From an uncultured virus (IMG/VR IMGVR_UViG_3300015360_000026) (taxonomy: Duplodnaviria; Heunggongvirae; Uroviricota; Caudoviricetes): a stretch of 64,000 bases of DNA. Where the stretch lies: IMG/VR virus record IMGVR_UViG_3300015360_000026. One strand, written 5' to 3'. The translations under genes and the position numbers were made by a program. A model generated the notes under the pieces. That model was not told the DNA's origin and searched no databases. It saw nothing but the letters and a program-made list of their open reading frames with translations. This document shows, in pieces, positions 44,295 through 52,925 of the stretch (position 1 is its first letter; each line of letters begins with the position of its first letter).

Positions 44295-46154
44295 TTACTT
44301 GCGGCCGAGCTGACTGCCGCCGAGCCCGCCCATCGCCGCACCACCCGCCCCCAACAAACCCGGCAGGTAGCCCACGAGCTTACGCAGGAAGCCGGCCCTG
44401 CCGCCACCACCACCGCCAAGGTTCAAGGCGGCACGCGGCCCGCCATGCACGCCAGACCCGCCTCCCATCTTACCGGCAGGGAACGGTTGATTCTTGGTCA
44501 ACAAGCCTGCCCGCCGGGCCGTCGGGTTGGGCATCGGCTTGGGCGGTGCCATCATGGTCTTTCCGAGACCATAACCGGCACCGCCGGCAGCGATACTGCC
44601 AATCATCGCACCCGGTGCATTCATGTCGTCGCCCATCTTCTGGAACATGTGGCCCGCATCCTTCATCGGCCCCATCATGCTCGCCGAGCCCTTCGTGTCG
44701 CCGCAGTCCTCGTTGGCCCGCTTGTGGGCATAGTTCGTCGCGGCCTTGCACAGCTCGTGGGCCAGGATGCCCCGTGCCTCGCCGTGCAGGTGAGGGAAGG
44801 CGACCTTGATGGCCTTGGTCAGCTGGTTGCCCGACACGATCTCAGCCTGGAGGCGTCGAACAGCCCCACGCTTCTCCAGTGGCATGAGACGCACCACCTC
44901 ATTGAGGTAGCCGTCCATGCAGTCCCGTGCGACCTTGACCTGGTACTTGGCCACCTTAGTGAGGATGACCCGCTTGACGGCCCGCTGAAGTTGATTGTCC
45001 GAGGCTTGCTTCTTCTTCTTGCGACCCTTGACAGCCTTGTACGCACCGTACCCGAGTGCACCGGCACCAAGGGCGGCAGCCAGGGGGCCGAGCAGCCCCA
45101 TGCCGCGACCCGGAGCCGCCTTGGCGGCGGGCACACCCTCACCCGTTGGGGTGGACGTCAGGCCCTCGGCCGGCTTCGGCACAATACCGCTCTGGCTCTG
45201 GCCCGACAGCTTGGCAGTGATGTCGCCAAGCGATTTGGGCAGAAAGCCCGATGCTCCGCTCAACTCACGCGGAGGAGGGGCCAGTGCGGGCGAGTTGCCG
45301 AGGAACCCGTCCACGGGCTCGGGCTTCTGGGGGAGCATTCCGCTGAGCCGGGACAACGCCCCACGCTGCGGGCCGGCAAGACTCTCGGGCCGACTCGGAA
45401 TCAGCCCGGTCAGTTCGTCACCGGCCGTCTTGCCCTCTCGCTTCTTGCGGGTCATGCGGTGGCCGAGGTACGCACCGCCGCCGATCAGACCCGTGGCGAG
45501 CAGGGCCTGCATGGCCGGAGACATCCCGCCCCCGCCGCCAGCGGCAGCAGCACCACCAGCGGCGGGATCACCGGCTGGGTTACCCGCATTGGGCGTGGCC
45601 GCATCGGCCGGGTCGGGCTTGGACACGGAGACGTCGGACGGCGGTCCGCCGAGATCCAGGCCGGCTCCAGGGGCAGGCGTGGCAGCTGGACCGCCCTTAC
45701 CCTTGAAGGGGACACTCAAGATGCCCGCCCCAGCACCGCCGAGAATCCCTAACGAACCGAGCCCGACCCCGAGCTTGTTCCTGGCCAACCAGCTGGCCGG
45801 CACCGGAGGGGCAGCGAGCTTCACCAGCTCATTGAACGCCTGGGGGTCCGCGTAAGCATTCTTGCAGAACGCCGCCAAGGGCATCCGGCAGACGCCCGCC
45901 AGGTGCTGAATCTCGTCGCGATTGAGGCCGCTGTCGGCGGCGAGCTTGTTGACGTATGGTGCCTCGGCAGCCGCAGCGGCCAGGGCGGCGATCTTGCTCA
46001 TCGAAACCTCCGTGTTTGAAGAAGCGGACTTCTCGTCGTTACCGACGCGATCGGGTAGGGCCTTGATGTTCGGGGTGTGGTCGGCCCACCGCTTGGCCGT
46101 TGCCGGCTTTTGCGAAAACATCCAGCGTTGCTGGGCCTTGGACTTGAAAGGCAC
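44295..46154 (-). CDS. Gly/Pro-rich probable internal virion protein
   Basis: N-terminal PFKSKAQQRWM..K...AKRW..HT...ALP; KxA motifs (EKSA, NKLA, VKLA, GKTA, KKQA). Confidence 0.7.
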   Translation of the reverse strand: MPFKSKAQQRWMFSQKPATAKRWADHTPNIKALPDRVGNDEKSASSNTEVSMSKIAALAAAAAEAPYVNKLAADSGLNRDEIQHLAGVCRMPLAAFCKNAYADPQAFNELVKLAAPPVPASWLARNKLGVGLGSLGILGGAGAGILSVPFKGKGGPAATPAPGAGLDLGGPPSDVSVSKPDPADAATPNAGNPAGDPAAGGAAAAGGGGGMSPAMQALLATGLIGGGAYLGHRMTRKKREGKTAGDELTGLIPSRPESLAGPQRGALSRLSGMLPQKPEPVDGFLGNSPALAPPPRELSGASGFLPKSLGDITAKLSGQSQSGIVPKPAEGLTSTPTGEGVPAAKAAPGRGMGLLGPLAAALGAGALGYGAYKAVKGRKKKKQASDNQLQRAVKRVILTKVAKYQVKVARDCMDGYLNEVVRLMPLEKRGAVRRLQAEIVSGNQLTKAIKVAFPHLHGEARGILAHELCKAATNYAHKRANEDCGDTKGSASMMGPMKDAGHMFQKMGDDMNAPGAMIGSIAAGGAGYGLGKTMMAPPKPMPNPTARRAGLLTKNQPFPAGKMGGGSGVHGGPRAALNLGGGGGGRAGFLRKLVGYLPGLLGAGGAAMGGLGGSQLGRK

Positions 46155-46256
46155 GGGCACCCCTCCATGGATGTCCTTATGTTCGCAACTTCCGGCACCA
46201 AACACAAGCCGGCGTGGGGACGGCCCCACGCCGATCTAGAAACTGGAATCTACGTC

Positions 46257-47054
46257 TCAGCCCGCCGGAGCATCGAACCCACCGACCAGCTCACCCGGCT
46301 TAGCTTCCGCCGCCTTCTTGGCCCGCCGCTCGTCGATGAGCTGTTGCACATTGGGCGGGACCGGGGGCTTGATGCACGCATGGATCAGTCGCATGTACTT
46401 GCCCATGAACGCCTTCATGGGCTCACTGTGGGGATGGCCGTCCTCCCGCCTGCCGGGGATGACCTGACGGACGATCCCCTTCATGAGTTCGACGAACGGC
46501 CCATCGCCGCCATGGTTGTCCCCGAACTTGGCGTACAGGCCGTCAAGGCCGTCAGTCAGCACCATGTTGACGAGCTGCTTCACCTGGTTGGCGAGCAACG
46601 TGCACACAATGCCGTCCGTGAAACCCTGACCCTCAACGATCTCGACCGGCGTGTGGATCATGACGGGCAGGATCGTGCCGTCGTCCCACTCCAGCATGTA
46701 TAGGAGCTTGGTCGAGGCCAGTGTTCGCTTGGGCATGGCCCGCGTTGCGGTGACAATGGCGTTCCACACCGGAGCCAACGCCTGCACGGCACTCGGTGAA
46801 TGGCTCAGAGCCTCGATGTAGGTGAATACCTCGGGATGCAGCTTCAGCCGGGTCTGCATCTCGTCGGTGTCGATTGAGACGACATGCCCTTGCAACCACC
46901 CCAGGAACGCCTCGGGGTTGATGACGTGCCGGTGGACGTCGGGAACTTCCTCGTCCTTGCAGTAAGCATCGAAAAAGTGCGTCAACGCCAGGGTCACCTG
47001 ACGGTCCCGCTCAGGACTCGGCTGACTGAAGTCCATTTCGTCGCTACTCGGCAC
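46257..47054 (-). CDS. hypothetical protein
   Basis: 265 aa. Confidence 0.65.
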   Translation of the reverse strand: MPSSDEMDFSQPSPERDRQVTLALTHFFDAYCKDEEVPDVHRHVINPEAFLGWLQGHVVSIDTDEMQTRLKLHPEVFTYIEALSHSPSAVQALAPVWNAIVTATRAMPKRTLASTKLLYMLEWDDGTILPVMIHTPVEIVEGQGFTDGIVCTLLANQVKQLVNMVLTDGLDGLYAKFGDNHGGDGPFVELMKGIVRQVIPGRREDGHPHSEPMKAFMGKYMRLIHACIKPPVPPNVQQLIDERRAKKAAEAKPGELVGGFDAPAG

Positions 47055-47400
47055 GGTCGCACTCCCTCTGGGAAGGCCAATCCGGGTTGCCGGCCTTCTC
47101 GTACTTCAGCTCGTTGGGGGTTAAGACACGCATGCCCAACATGCGGGCCAGTTTGTGCAGGTCCTCGGTCTCGTAGACGGCGTACTGCTGCTTGTGGGCG
47201 AACATGCCCTCGCGGCCGAACCGGTCATCCACGAAGAGCTTGCCGTGGTCGTCGCTCTCGGGCAGGCAGTCCGCTTCGAGCCAGTCCACGCCGCACGGAC
47301 CGCCGTGCACGAACAGACCGGACGAGTAGCACGGCTTCCACTGGGAGTAGACCGTGCCCTCGGGCATGCTCATCAGTTCGTCGCGGGAGACGATTCGCAT
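47044..47400 (-). CDS. phage hypothetical protein
   Basis: MRIVSRDELMSMPEGTVYS...REG.F....YAVYE. Confidence 0.65.
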   Translation of the reverse strand: MRIVSRDELMSMPEGTVYSQWKPCYSSGLFVHGGPCGVDWLEADCLPESDDHGKLFVDDRFGREGMFAHKQQYAVYETEDLHKLARMLGMRVLTPNELKYEKAGNPDWPSQRECDRAE

Positions 47401-47786
47401 CAGATGATCCGGAGTTCTTCGGACTTCTTGACGCCGTCCATGCCGGGCTGGGATTCGCCGGTGGTCACGTGCACCGCCCCGGAGTCCTGCATGGTGCCCG
47501 CCACCTTGCTGCTCGGGCTGATCGTGCACCGCACGTGGTTAGACAGCTGGAACCCGTGGTTGCTGTCCACGGGAAAGAACTGCACGGGGCGGTTCTTATC
47601 GAGGTACGCCACAGCGAACTTAATGAAGTCGTTCGCGGACGGCGGCTTGGCGTTCTTGTCCGGCTTGATGCCGTGCTTCATGCGGGCCTCGTCCACGTAC
47701 GCCTGGAACTCCTTAGTAAGGAGGGCGATGAGGTGGGGTAGGTCCTCGGTGGCCGGGTTTGTGTGGTAGATCGAGTCGCCAAACAT
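47400..47786 (-). CDS. hypothetical protein
   Basis: MFGDSIY... Confidence 0.6.
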   Translation of the reverse strand: MFGDSIYHTNPATEDLPHLIALLTKEFQAYVDEARMKHGIKPDKNAKPPSANDFIKFAVAYLDKNRPVQFFPVDSNHGFQLSNHVRCTISPSSKVAGTMQDSGAVHVTTGESQPGMDGVKKSEELRII

Positions 47787-47826
47787 CCTGTTCGCCCTGG
47801 TTCGTGGTTGGTAGTGTCTGCGGCCT

Positions 47827-48141
47827 TCAGCCCTTCTTCGGCTTCTTCGGGTGCATCGCCGGATACGCGAGCGGAACCACCTCGACCTCATTCATCAGTG
47901 CCGCGATGGACTTCTCCATGGACGAGAGGGGCGGCGGGTTGTCCTTGATCCGCTTCGACCGCTGGGCCAGCTTCGCCTGAAGGATGGCGATGTGGCCCTC
48001 CATCTCGGACTTCAGGAACGCGACGATCTGTTCGTCGGTCCAGTCGTTGCGGACGACGTTAGGGGAGTGCAAGTTACTGCACTCTCCGTCCGCCCAGCTG
48101 ATGTGCACCATCAGCGAGATCTGACAGAGGTCGGGTTCCAT
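47827..48141 (-). CDS. hypothetical protein
   Basis: 104 aa, TAATG overlap with upstream gene. Confidence 0.55.
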   Translation of the reverse strand: MEPDLCQISLMVHISWADGECSNLHSPNVVRNDWTDEQIVAFLKSEMEGHIAILQAKLAQRSKRIKDNPPPLSSMEKSIAALMNEVEVVPLAYPAMHPKKPKKG

Positions 48142-49484
48142 TAGTCCTGTACACCCAAGAAAGAGGCCACGCCTTTGGGGCTCGACGCGGTGTCGAGCAT
48201 GCCCTTCTTCCCGAGTTCGGCCAGCCGGTCGAGTGGCGGGTCAAGCTCGGAAATCATCGTGTAGCACTGTAGCCCAGGCTCGGCACCCAAGTAAAGGCCA
48301 CGGTGGATGACGGTGGGCACCTTCTTGCTGTACGCCGACCCGATCAAGCGGTCGAGCTGCGTGAACCCGGCGTCGAAGTAGTCGAGGCTGAGACTGTCAA
48401 GCACGTCCTGGCTGCCCACAAACAGGCACGCCGCCTTCTTGCCCCGCTTGAGATCGACCGTGGCCAGGACGTTGTTGGTCAAGTCCTCGCGGATGCGAGT
48501 CGAGATGTCCGCCGGGGTGTTGATCGACTCCACAGGTATGTCGGCCGCACCGAGTACCACCACGCCGCCGTCGAGGAGCTGGGCGAACTCCGCACGGTCG
48601 AACGTGATGAACTCGCTGTGCACGGCGGCGAGCTGGTTGAACAAGTGGAACAGCTGACTCACGGTCTCGTTGGCCGTGGCGTGCAGGCGGGTCATGCCCG
48701 GCTTGTACAGCTCATGGATGCGGGCGTTGTCGATGATCAGCATCGGGCTGACCTTCATGTCCAGGAGGGTCTTGAACGTCTGCACAGCATTCTTCGACAC
48801 CTGCTGCCCCTCGGTCGTCGGCGGCAACGACACGATACAACCAACCCTCGGGGGCTTGCCCTTGCTCTCCATGTACTTGCGGGCCAGGTCGACCAGAATC
48901 GGCGTCGTGCCGCTGCCAGTCCCACCACCCAGCCCAACACAGATCAGAGCGTAGTCCGGCGAATTGCCCCACGACCGTGTCATGAGGTCCCACACTTCCT
49001 CCTCACGCCCGCGAAGGCTGTTGGCAGCGAAGATGGGGTCCTTGGCGGCACCACCCACGGCCAGGTTGAGCTTGGGGATGGGCTCGGCGATACCCGCGAA
49101 GTCCATATCGGTCGTGTTCATCACCGCCACGCGGCGGTAGCCAAGCTGGTAGAAGGCGTTGGCGATGCGACTGCCGCCTTGGCCGGTGCCCAGGAACGCC
49201 ATGTTGAAGGCCACGTCGTAACCGAACTCATCGTTGACCACGACCTGCTTGACGGCCTGCTGGCGGGACGAGGGGCTCAGCGACTTGGCCACGTTGGTCG
49301 GCGTCGGGCTGCCCGCACGCGGCGGAATCATGACCTTGGGGGCGATGGCACCCGTCGCCGGGGCCATAACCTTCGGGGCGACGCTCCGGGTCACCACCGG
49401 CTTGTTGCCCACGGCCTTGCCCGCAGCGGCTGCCTGCTCGGCGACCTTCTGCATTTCCTCTTCCGTCGGTTTCTCAGCCACCAC
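48141..49484 (-). CDS. tubulin/FtsZ-family GTPase (PhuZ/TubZ-like)
   Basis: FLGTGQGGSRIA, GGAAKD, signature GLGGGTGSG, IIDN, FDRAEF; low-complexity N-terminal extension. Confidence 0.92.
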   Translation of the reverse strand: MVAEKPTEEEMQKVAEQAAAAGKAVGNKPVVTRSVAPKVMAPATGAIAPKVMIPPRAGSPTPTNVAKSLSPSSRQQAVKQVVVNDEFGYDVAFNMAFLGTGQGGSRIANAFYQLGYRRVAVMNTTDMDFAGIAEPIPKLNLAVGGAAKDPIFAANSLRGREEEVWDLMTRSWGNSPDYALICVGLGGGTGSGTTPILVDLARKYMESKGKPPRVGCIVSLPPTTEGQQVSKNAVQTFKTLLDMKVSPMLIIDNARIHELYKPGMTRLHATANETVSQLFHLFNQLAAVHSEFITFDRAEFAQLLDGGVVVLGAADIPVESINTPADISTRIREDLTNNVLATVDLKRGKKAACLFVGSQDVLDSLSLDYFDAGFTQLDRLIGSAYSKKVPTVIHRGLYLGAEPGLQCYTMISELDPPLDRLAELGKKGMLDTASSPKGVASFLGVQD

Positions 49485-49588
49485 ATCCTCCTTGTTGGCG
49501 GGCGATGGAGGACCTTTTGGGAAATCCCGCCAGCCCATCTCGCCGTTCCGCATCATGGTGATTCGTTCCTCTCCGAAGAGGCAGTAGA

Positions 49589-50653
49589 CTACCCACCCAC
49601 GCCCCAAATGGTCAACCACAGGTCGGCGAATGCTTTGCGGTTGACAGATAAACGCCAGTCGCCCGACTGGAGGCGAAACAACTTGGTCTTGTCCGTCAGG
49701 GCGGCGATCGCGGTGGTGAGGAACTGCACGCTGCTGGGTGCGGCCACGGGTGCCTGCATCCAATTGGCCCCTAACTCGCACGGCACCAAGACGCCGTTGT
49801 AGTTGTTGGTGATGAGTTCTGAGAACGGAGCCACGTCGTACGTGATCACGGGCAGACCGCAGGCGTGTGCCCGCGTCGCGACGAGGCCGAAGTCTGCCCT
49901 CACGGACGGGATCAGGCACCAATCGTGCGTCTGCATCACATGCGTCTGCTCAACCATGGATGTCGGATAAAGCACCATCAGCCGCCCCTGCCACACAGCC
50001 ACCAAGCCCTGAATCCGTCCCCGATCTCGCTTCGACCAAGTCTTGGTGCACATAAGCGTCACGCGGCTGTGCTCGACCTGTTCGAGGAGCTGATTGACAA
50101 TCCGCAGTGTCATCAGCCCGCACTCGTCGATACAGTGCGTGTCGCACGCCACCAAGAGCTTAACCCCGCCGCTGCCACTCAGACCCTCGTGCGGTGTCAA
50201 CGTAAGACCGGAGTCCCACCGGCCCCACGTCAGTACCTTGTCGTCGGGCACCTTATCCTTGAAGATGTGTGTCCGCACCAGGTGGTGACACAGCTTGGTC
50301 GGGCACACGATAGTGTCGAAGCCACCGGCTACGAACCCCTTGGCGTCAAGTGTCAAATGGTGCCAGGACGGGACTAAGATGTGCTTGGCCTTGTCCGACA
50401 CGAGTGTTGCCATGTCGTGGTACTCTTCGTCGCACACGAACCACACACAACGGGAAGCGGTACGAACGGCCAAGTACAGGCCGTTGTCCCGGCCGCTGAC
50501 AACGTGCTTGTCCCAGTACGGGTGAATGCCTTGCTCGTGCACGCCCAAGGCAACGAGCTTAACGTCAATGCCGGCGGCGACACCGAGGTCGGCCAGGCGG
50601 ATCGCCGCCATAGTGACCTCGTTACGACCGTAGGGGGTCAGGATGGTGATCAT
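49589..50653 (-). CDS. GT-B (GT4-like) glycosyltransferase
   Basis: LIPS..ADFGL....A.ACGLPVIT.D..P..ELI....NGVLV. Confidence 0.85.
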   Translation of the reverse strand: MITILTPYGRNEVTMAAIRLADLGVAAGIDVKLVALGVHEQGIHPYWDKHVVSGRDNGLYLAVRTASRCVWFVCDEEYHDMATLVSDKAKHILVPSWHHLTLDAKGFVAGGFDTIVCPTKLCHHLVRTHIFKDKVPDDKVLTWGRWDSGLTLTPHEGLSGSGGVKLLVACDTHCIDECGLMTLRIVNQLLEQVEHSRVTLMCTKTWSKRDRGRIQGLVAVWQGRLMVLYPTSMVEQTHVMQTHDWCLIPSVRADFGLVATRAHACGLPVITYDVAPFSELITNNYNGVLVPCELGANWMQAPVAAPSSVQFLTTAIAALTDKTKLFRLQSGDWRLSVNRKAFADLWLTIWGVGG

Positions 50654-51327
50654 CGGCCGTCTCCGTGATTAGTGTGCTTGTGAAACACGAAGTACGGCGA
50701 GTTGTCCCGGCAACCCAATAGCTCGCCCCACGGCGTGCCGAACTTCCACGAGGTGTAGGGAAAGCTGATCTGATCCCGCAGGCTGTGCTTCTGGATCTGA
50801 TCCCACCAGAACGTGCTGAACTCGACCACGTCGGGATAGTTGTGTCGGACGAGGCAGGCGGTCTCGGCCAGGCCGTAGGACGGCGGGAACCCGTTGAACT
50901 TGTACTCACTGACTTGCTTCTGCATCACCTCGACCGAGTCCTTGCGGAACTTGGTGCACGCCACGAACTCGGAGTACGCACAGTTGCGATGTGGGTGCTT
51001 GAACGTGGCGATCTCACGCGGCCCGGTGATTGAGTCGAGGATAGTCGAGATGGGCGTGCGTGACTGGAGGCAGGCGTCGATCCAAACCCAGCAGTCGTAG
51101 TCCGGGAGCAGCTCGTGCACCATCACCTTATGGTAGCGGGCGGTGCGTCGCGAGCTGCCGGGGTGCCGCCAAGCTAAGGGGCGGGCTTGCCACGGGGCAG
51201 GGAACCCGTGGTCGTGGTCCGTGAACACGAAGTGGTCGACCCCGACCTCTTCACGCCACTCGTACAGCGGGGACCTGAGCCGATCTGTGATCGAGCCAAA
51301 CAGTCCCGTGTATACCGCTACACGCAT
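50650..51327 (-). CDS. DUF616 (TOD1/MUCI70-like) glycosyltransferase
   Basis: VYTGLFG..D.L, FTD, WID, HPHRNC.Y.E, RDQISF.Y. Confidence 0.88.
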   Translation of the reverse strand: MRVAVYTGLFGSITDRLRSPLYEWREEVGVDHFVFTDHDHGFPAPWQARPLAWRHPGSSRRTARYHKVMVHELLPDYDCWVWIDACLQSRTPISTILDSITGPREIATFKHPHRNCAYSEFVACTKFRKDSVEVMQKQVSEYKFNGFPPSYGLAETACLVRHNYPDVVEFSTFWWDQIQKHSLRDQISFPYTSWKFGTPWGELLGCRDNSPYFVFHKHTNHGDGR

Positions 51328-51357
51328 GGCAGACCTTCTTCCTTGAAGGGGTGTGAA

Positions 51358-52110
51358 TTAGGGACGTGGCAGCGAGTTGTCCTCTTTCTCGTTGGCGGGG
51401 GTAACAAACGACTTCACCATACACAGCACTGTCGGGTTCACGGCACGCAAGCGGCGATACGCCCCCGCACGCCCGGCCTCGGACATTGTCACCACCTCGG
51501 CCGCGATTTCCTTAGCGATCGCCAGGAGGTGCCGGACACCCACTTCCTCCCGGCCGTGGGCAATCTTGCTCAACCGGTCCAGCAAGTCCTTTCGTACCAG
51601 GTTCCAACCTGTCTCCAGGTCGCTAACCTTATCGTCCTTGGCAGGCATACCCAAGTCCAGCATCACGGCAACGCCGTCGATCACCATCATGCCCTCGCCG
51701 ACACGCACGGTCTGCGACACCGTGTCGCCCTCAGCAGCGGTGAGCGTCTGGAACCGGGCCTTGATCGGGGCCTGCTTCGTTTGCTCCCGGATGGCGTCTT
51801 CGAGGACCTTTTCATTCCGCTCCCTGTGCCCCATCTTGCGTGGCGGCTCTTCCTTCTTTGTCGGAGGCTCGGGCAACTTGGCGGGCCGTTCGGGGGCCAC
51901 GGCGGGCGTCCAGTGCGTCCACCGCATCGTGTCCGGGGCACACATGTCGCCGAACGTGTAGTTGTACTTGGTCGCGAGCAAGTTGCCGGTCGATGGGTAG
52001 TCATGCACGATCGAACGCACGCGGACGAGGTCAATCTCCCCGTGCCGGGAGATCGCCCAGTAGTACCCCGGATACTTCGGCTCGTCGGTGGACCAGACAG
52101 TCGCAGACAT
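51358..52110 (-). CDS. hypothetical protein
   Basis: WSTDEPKYPGYYW... Confidence 0.6.
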   Translation of the reverse strand: MSATVWSTDEPKYPGYYWAISRHGEIDLVRVRSIVHDYPSTGNLLATKYNYTFGDMCAPDTMRWTHWTPAVAPERPAKLPEPPTKKEEPPRKMGHRERNEKVLEDAIREQTKQAPIKARFQTLTAAEGDTVSQTVRVGEGMMVIDGVAVMLDLGMPAKDDKVSDLETGWNLVRKDLLDRLSKIAHGREEVGVRHLLAIAKEIAAEVVTMSEAGRAGAYRRLRAVNPTVLCMVKSFVTPANEKEDNSLPRP

Positions 52111-52925
52111 CACGTCACCTTTCGGAACCACTTGCCCCGCTTGTACCGCTCTCCTCGGGTAGCAGCACGGTAGTGAAATACAAACGAGCCGGGCACCACG
52201 GCGGTCTTGAGACCCGCCTTGTGCCACCGTCCTTGCAGCTCGTCCTCGTTGAGAGTCATCAGCGGGGTCGGGTTGGGTCGACCCTTACTGTTCCACGGGT
52301 TGGAGGGCTTGAACACGTGCTCCTTGTCGAACGCATTCTGCCACCACACGACCGTCTTGGCCATCATGCAGAAGCCGTTGACCGACGAGAGCACCACGTT
52401 GTTAAAGTGCCTCTTGTAGAGAATCTCCGCGATGCCGTCCAGGTACTCGGGACTGTCGTTGAGGTGGTAGCCCAGCAGGTACTTGTCGACCTCCTGACGT
52501 CCCTCGGCCGTGATACCGGGGGCGTTCGACACGGGGCCGACCAGAGCGTAGCCCTTGTCGAGCCAGTGGACCAGGGACGTCGTCCACCCCCTAGTGAACA
52601 GCACGTCACTGTTCGTGCAGCAGGCGAACTCGAAGTTGAGTAGGCGAGCCGCCCGCAGACCCTCGTTCCAGGACCGGGTTAGCCCGCCATTGTCGGGAAA
52701 GCCGAGGTACATGAAGCGGGTCTGGTACTCCTTGGCGACCTCGGCCAGAAGCGGGTGCGGTCCGTTCTCGTTGTACTTGTAGCGGTCGAGCATCTCGGGG
52801 CTGGCGTCGTCAACGACCATTACGGCGGCGTCGGGCGTCGTCCGGAAGAGGGACTCGCACGCCGCCGCCGCATAGTCGAACTGCCCGTAGGTCGGGATGA
52901 TGACCAGGAATCTGGGTTGCATCAC
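52110..52925 (-). CDS. glycosyltransferase family 2
   Basis: VIIPTY, VVDDAS, N.GLTRSWN.G, NSDV, VGPVSN, FVFHY. Confidence 0.9.
   Translation of the reverse strand: MMQPRFLVIIPTYGQFDYAAAACESLFRTTPDAAVMVVDDASPEMLDRYKYNENGPHPLLAEVAKEYQTRFMYLGFPDNGGLTRSWNEGLRAARLLNFEFACCTNSDVLFTRGWTTSLVHWLDKGYALVGPVSNAPGITAEGRQEVDKYLLGYHLNDSPEYLDGIAEILYKRHFNNVVLSSVNGFCMMAKTVVWWQNAFDKEHVFKPSNPWNSKGRPNPTPLMTLNEDELQGRWHKAGLKTAVVPGSFVFHYRAATRGERYKRGKWFRKVT

Noticed and set aside
48141..49922. Cellular ftsZ and the 593-aa start
   Set aside because: No dcw context and divergent motifs; the upstream extension overlaps the GT4 gene, while an AGGAGG SD supports a start near 49484
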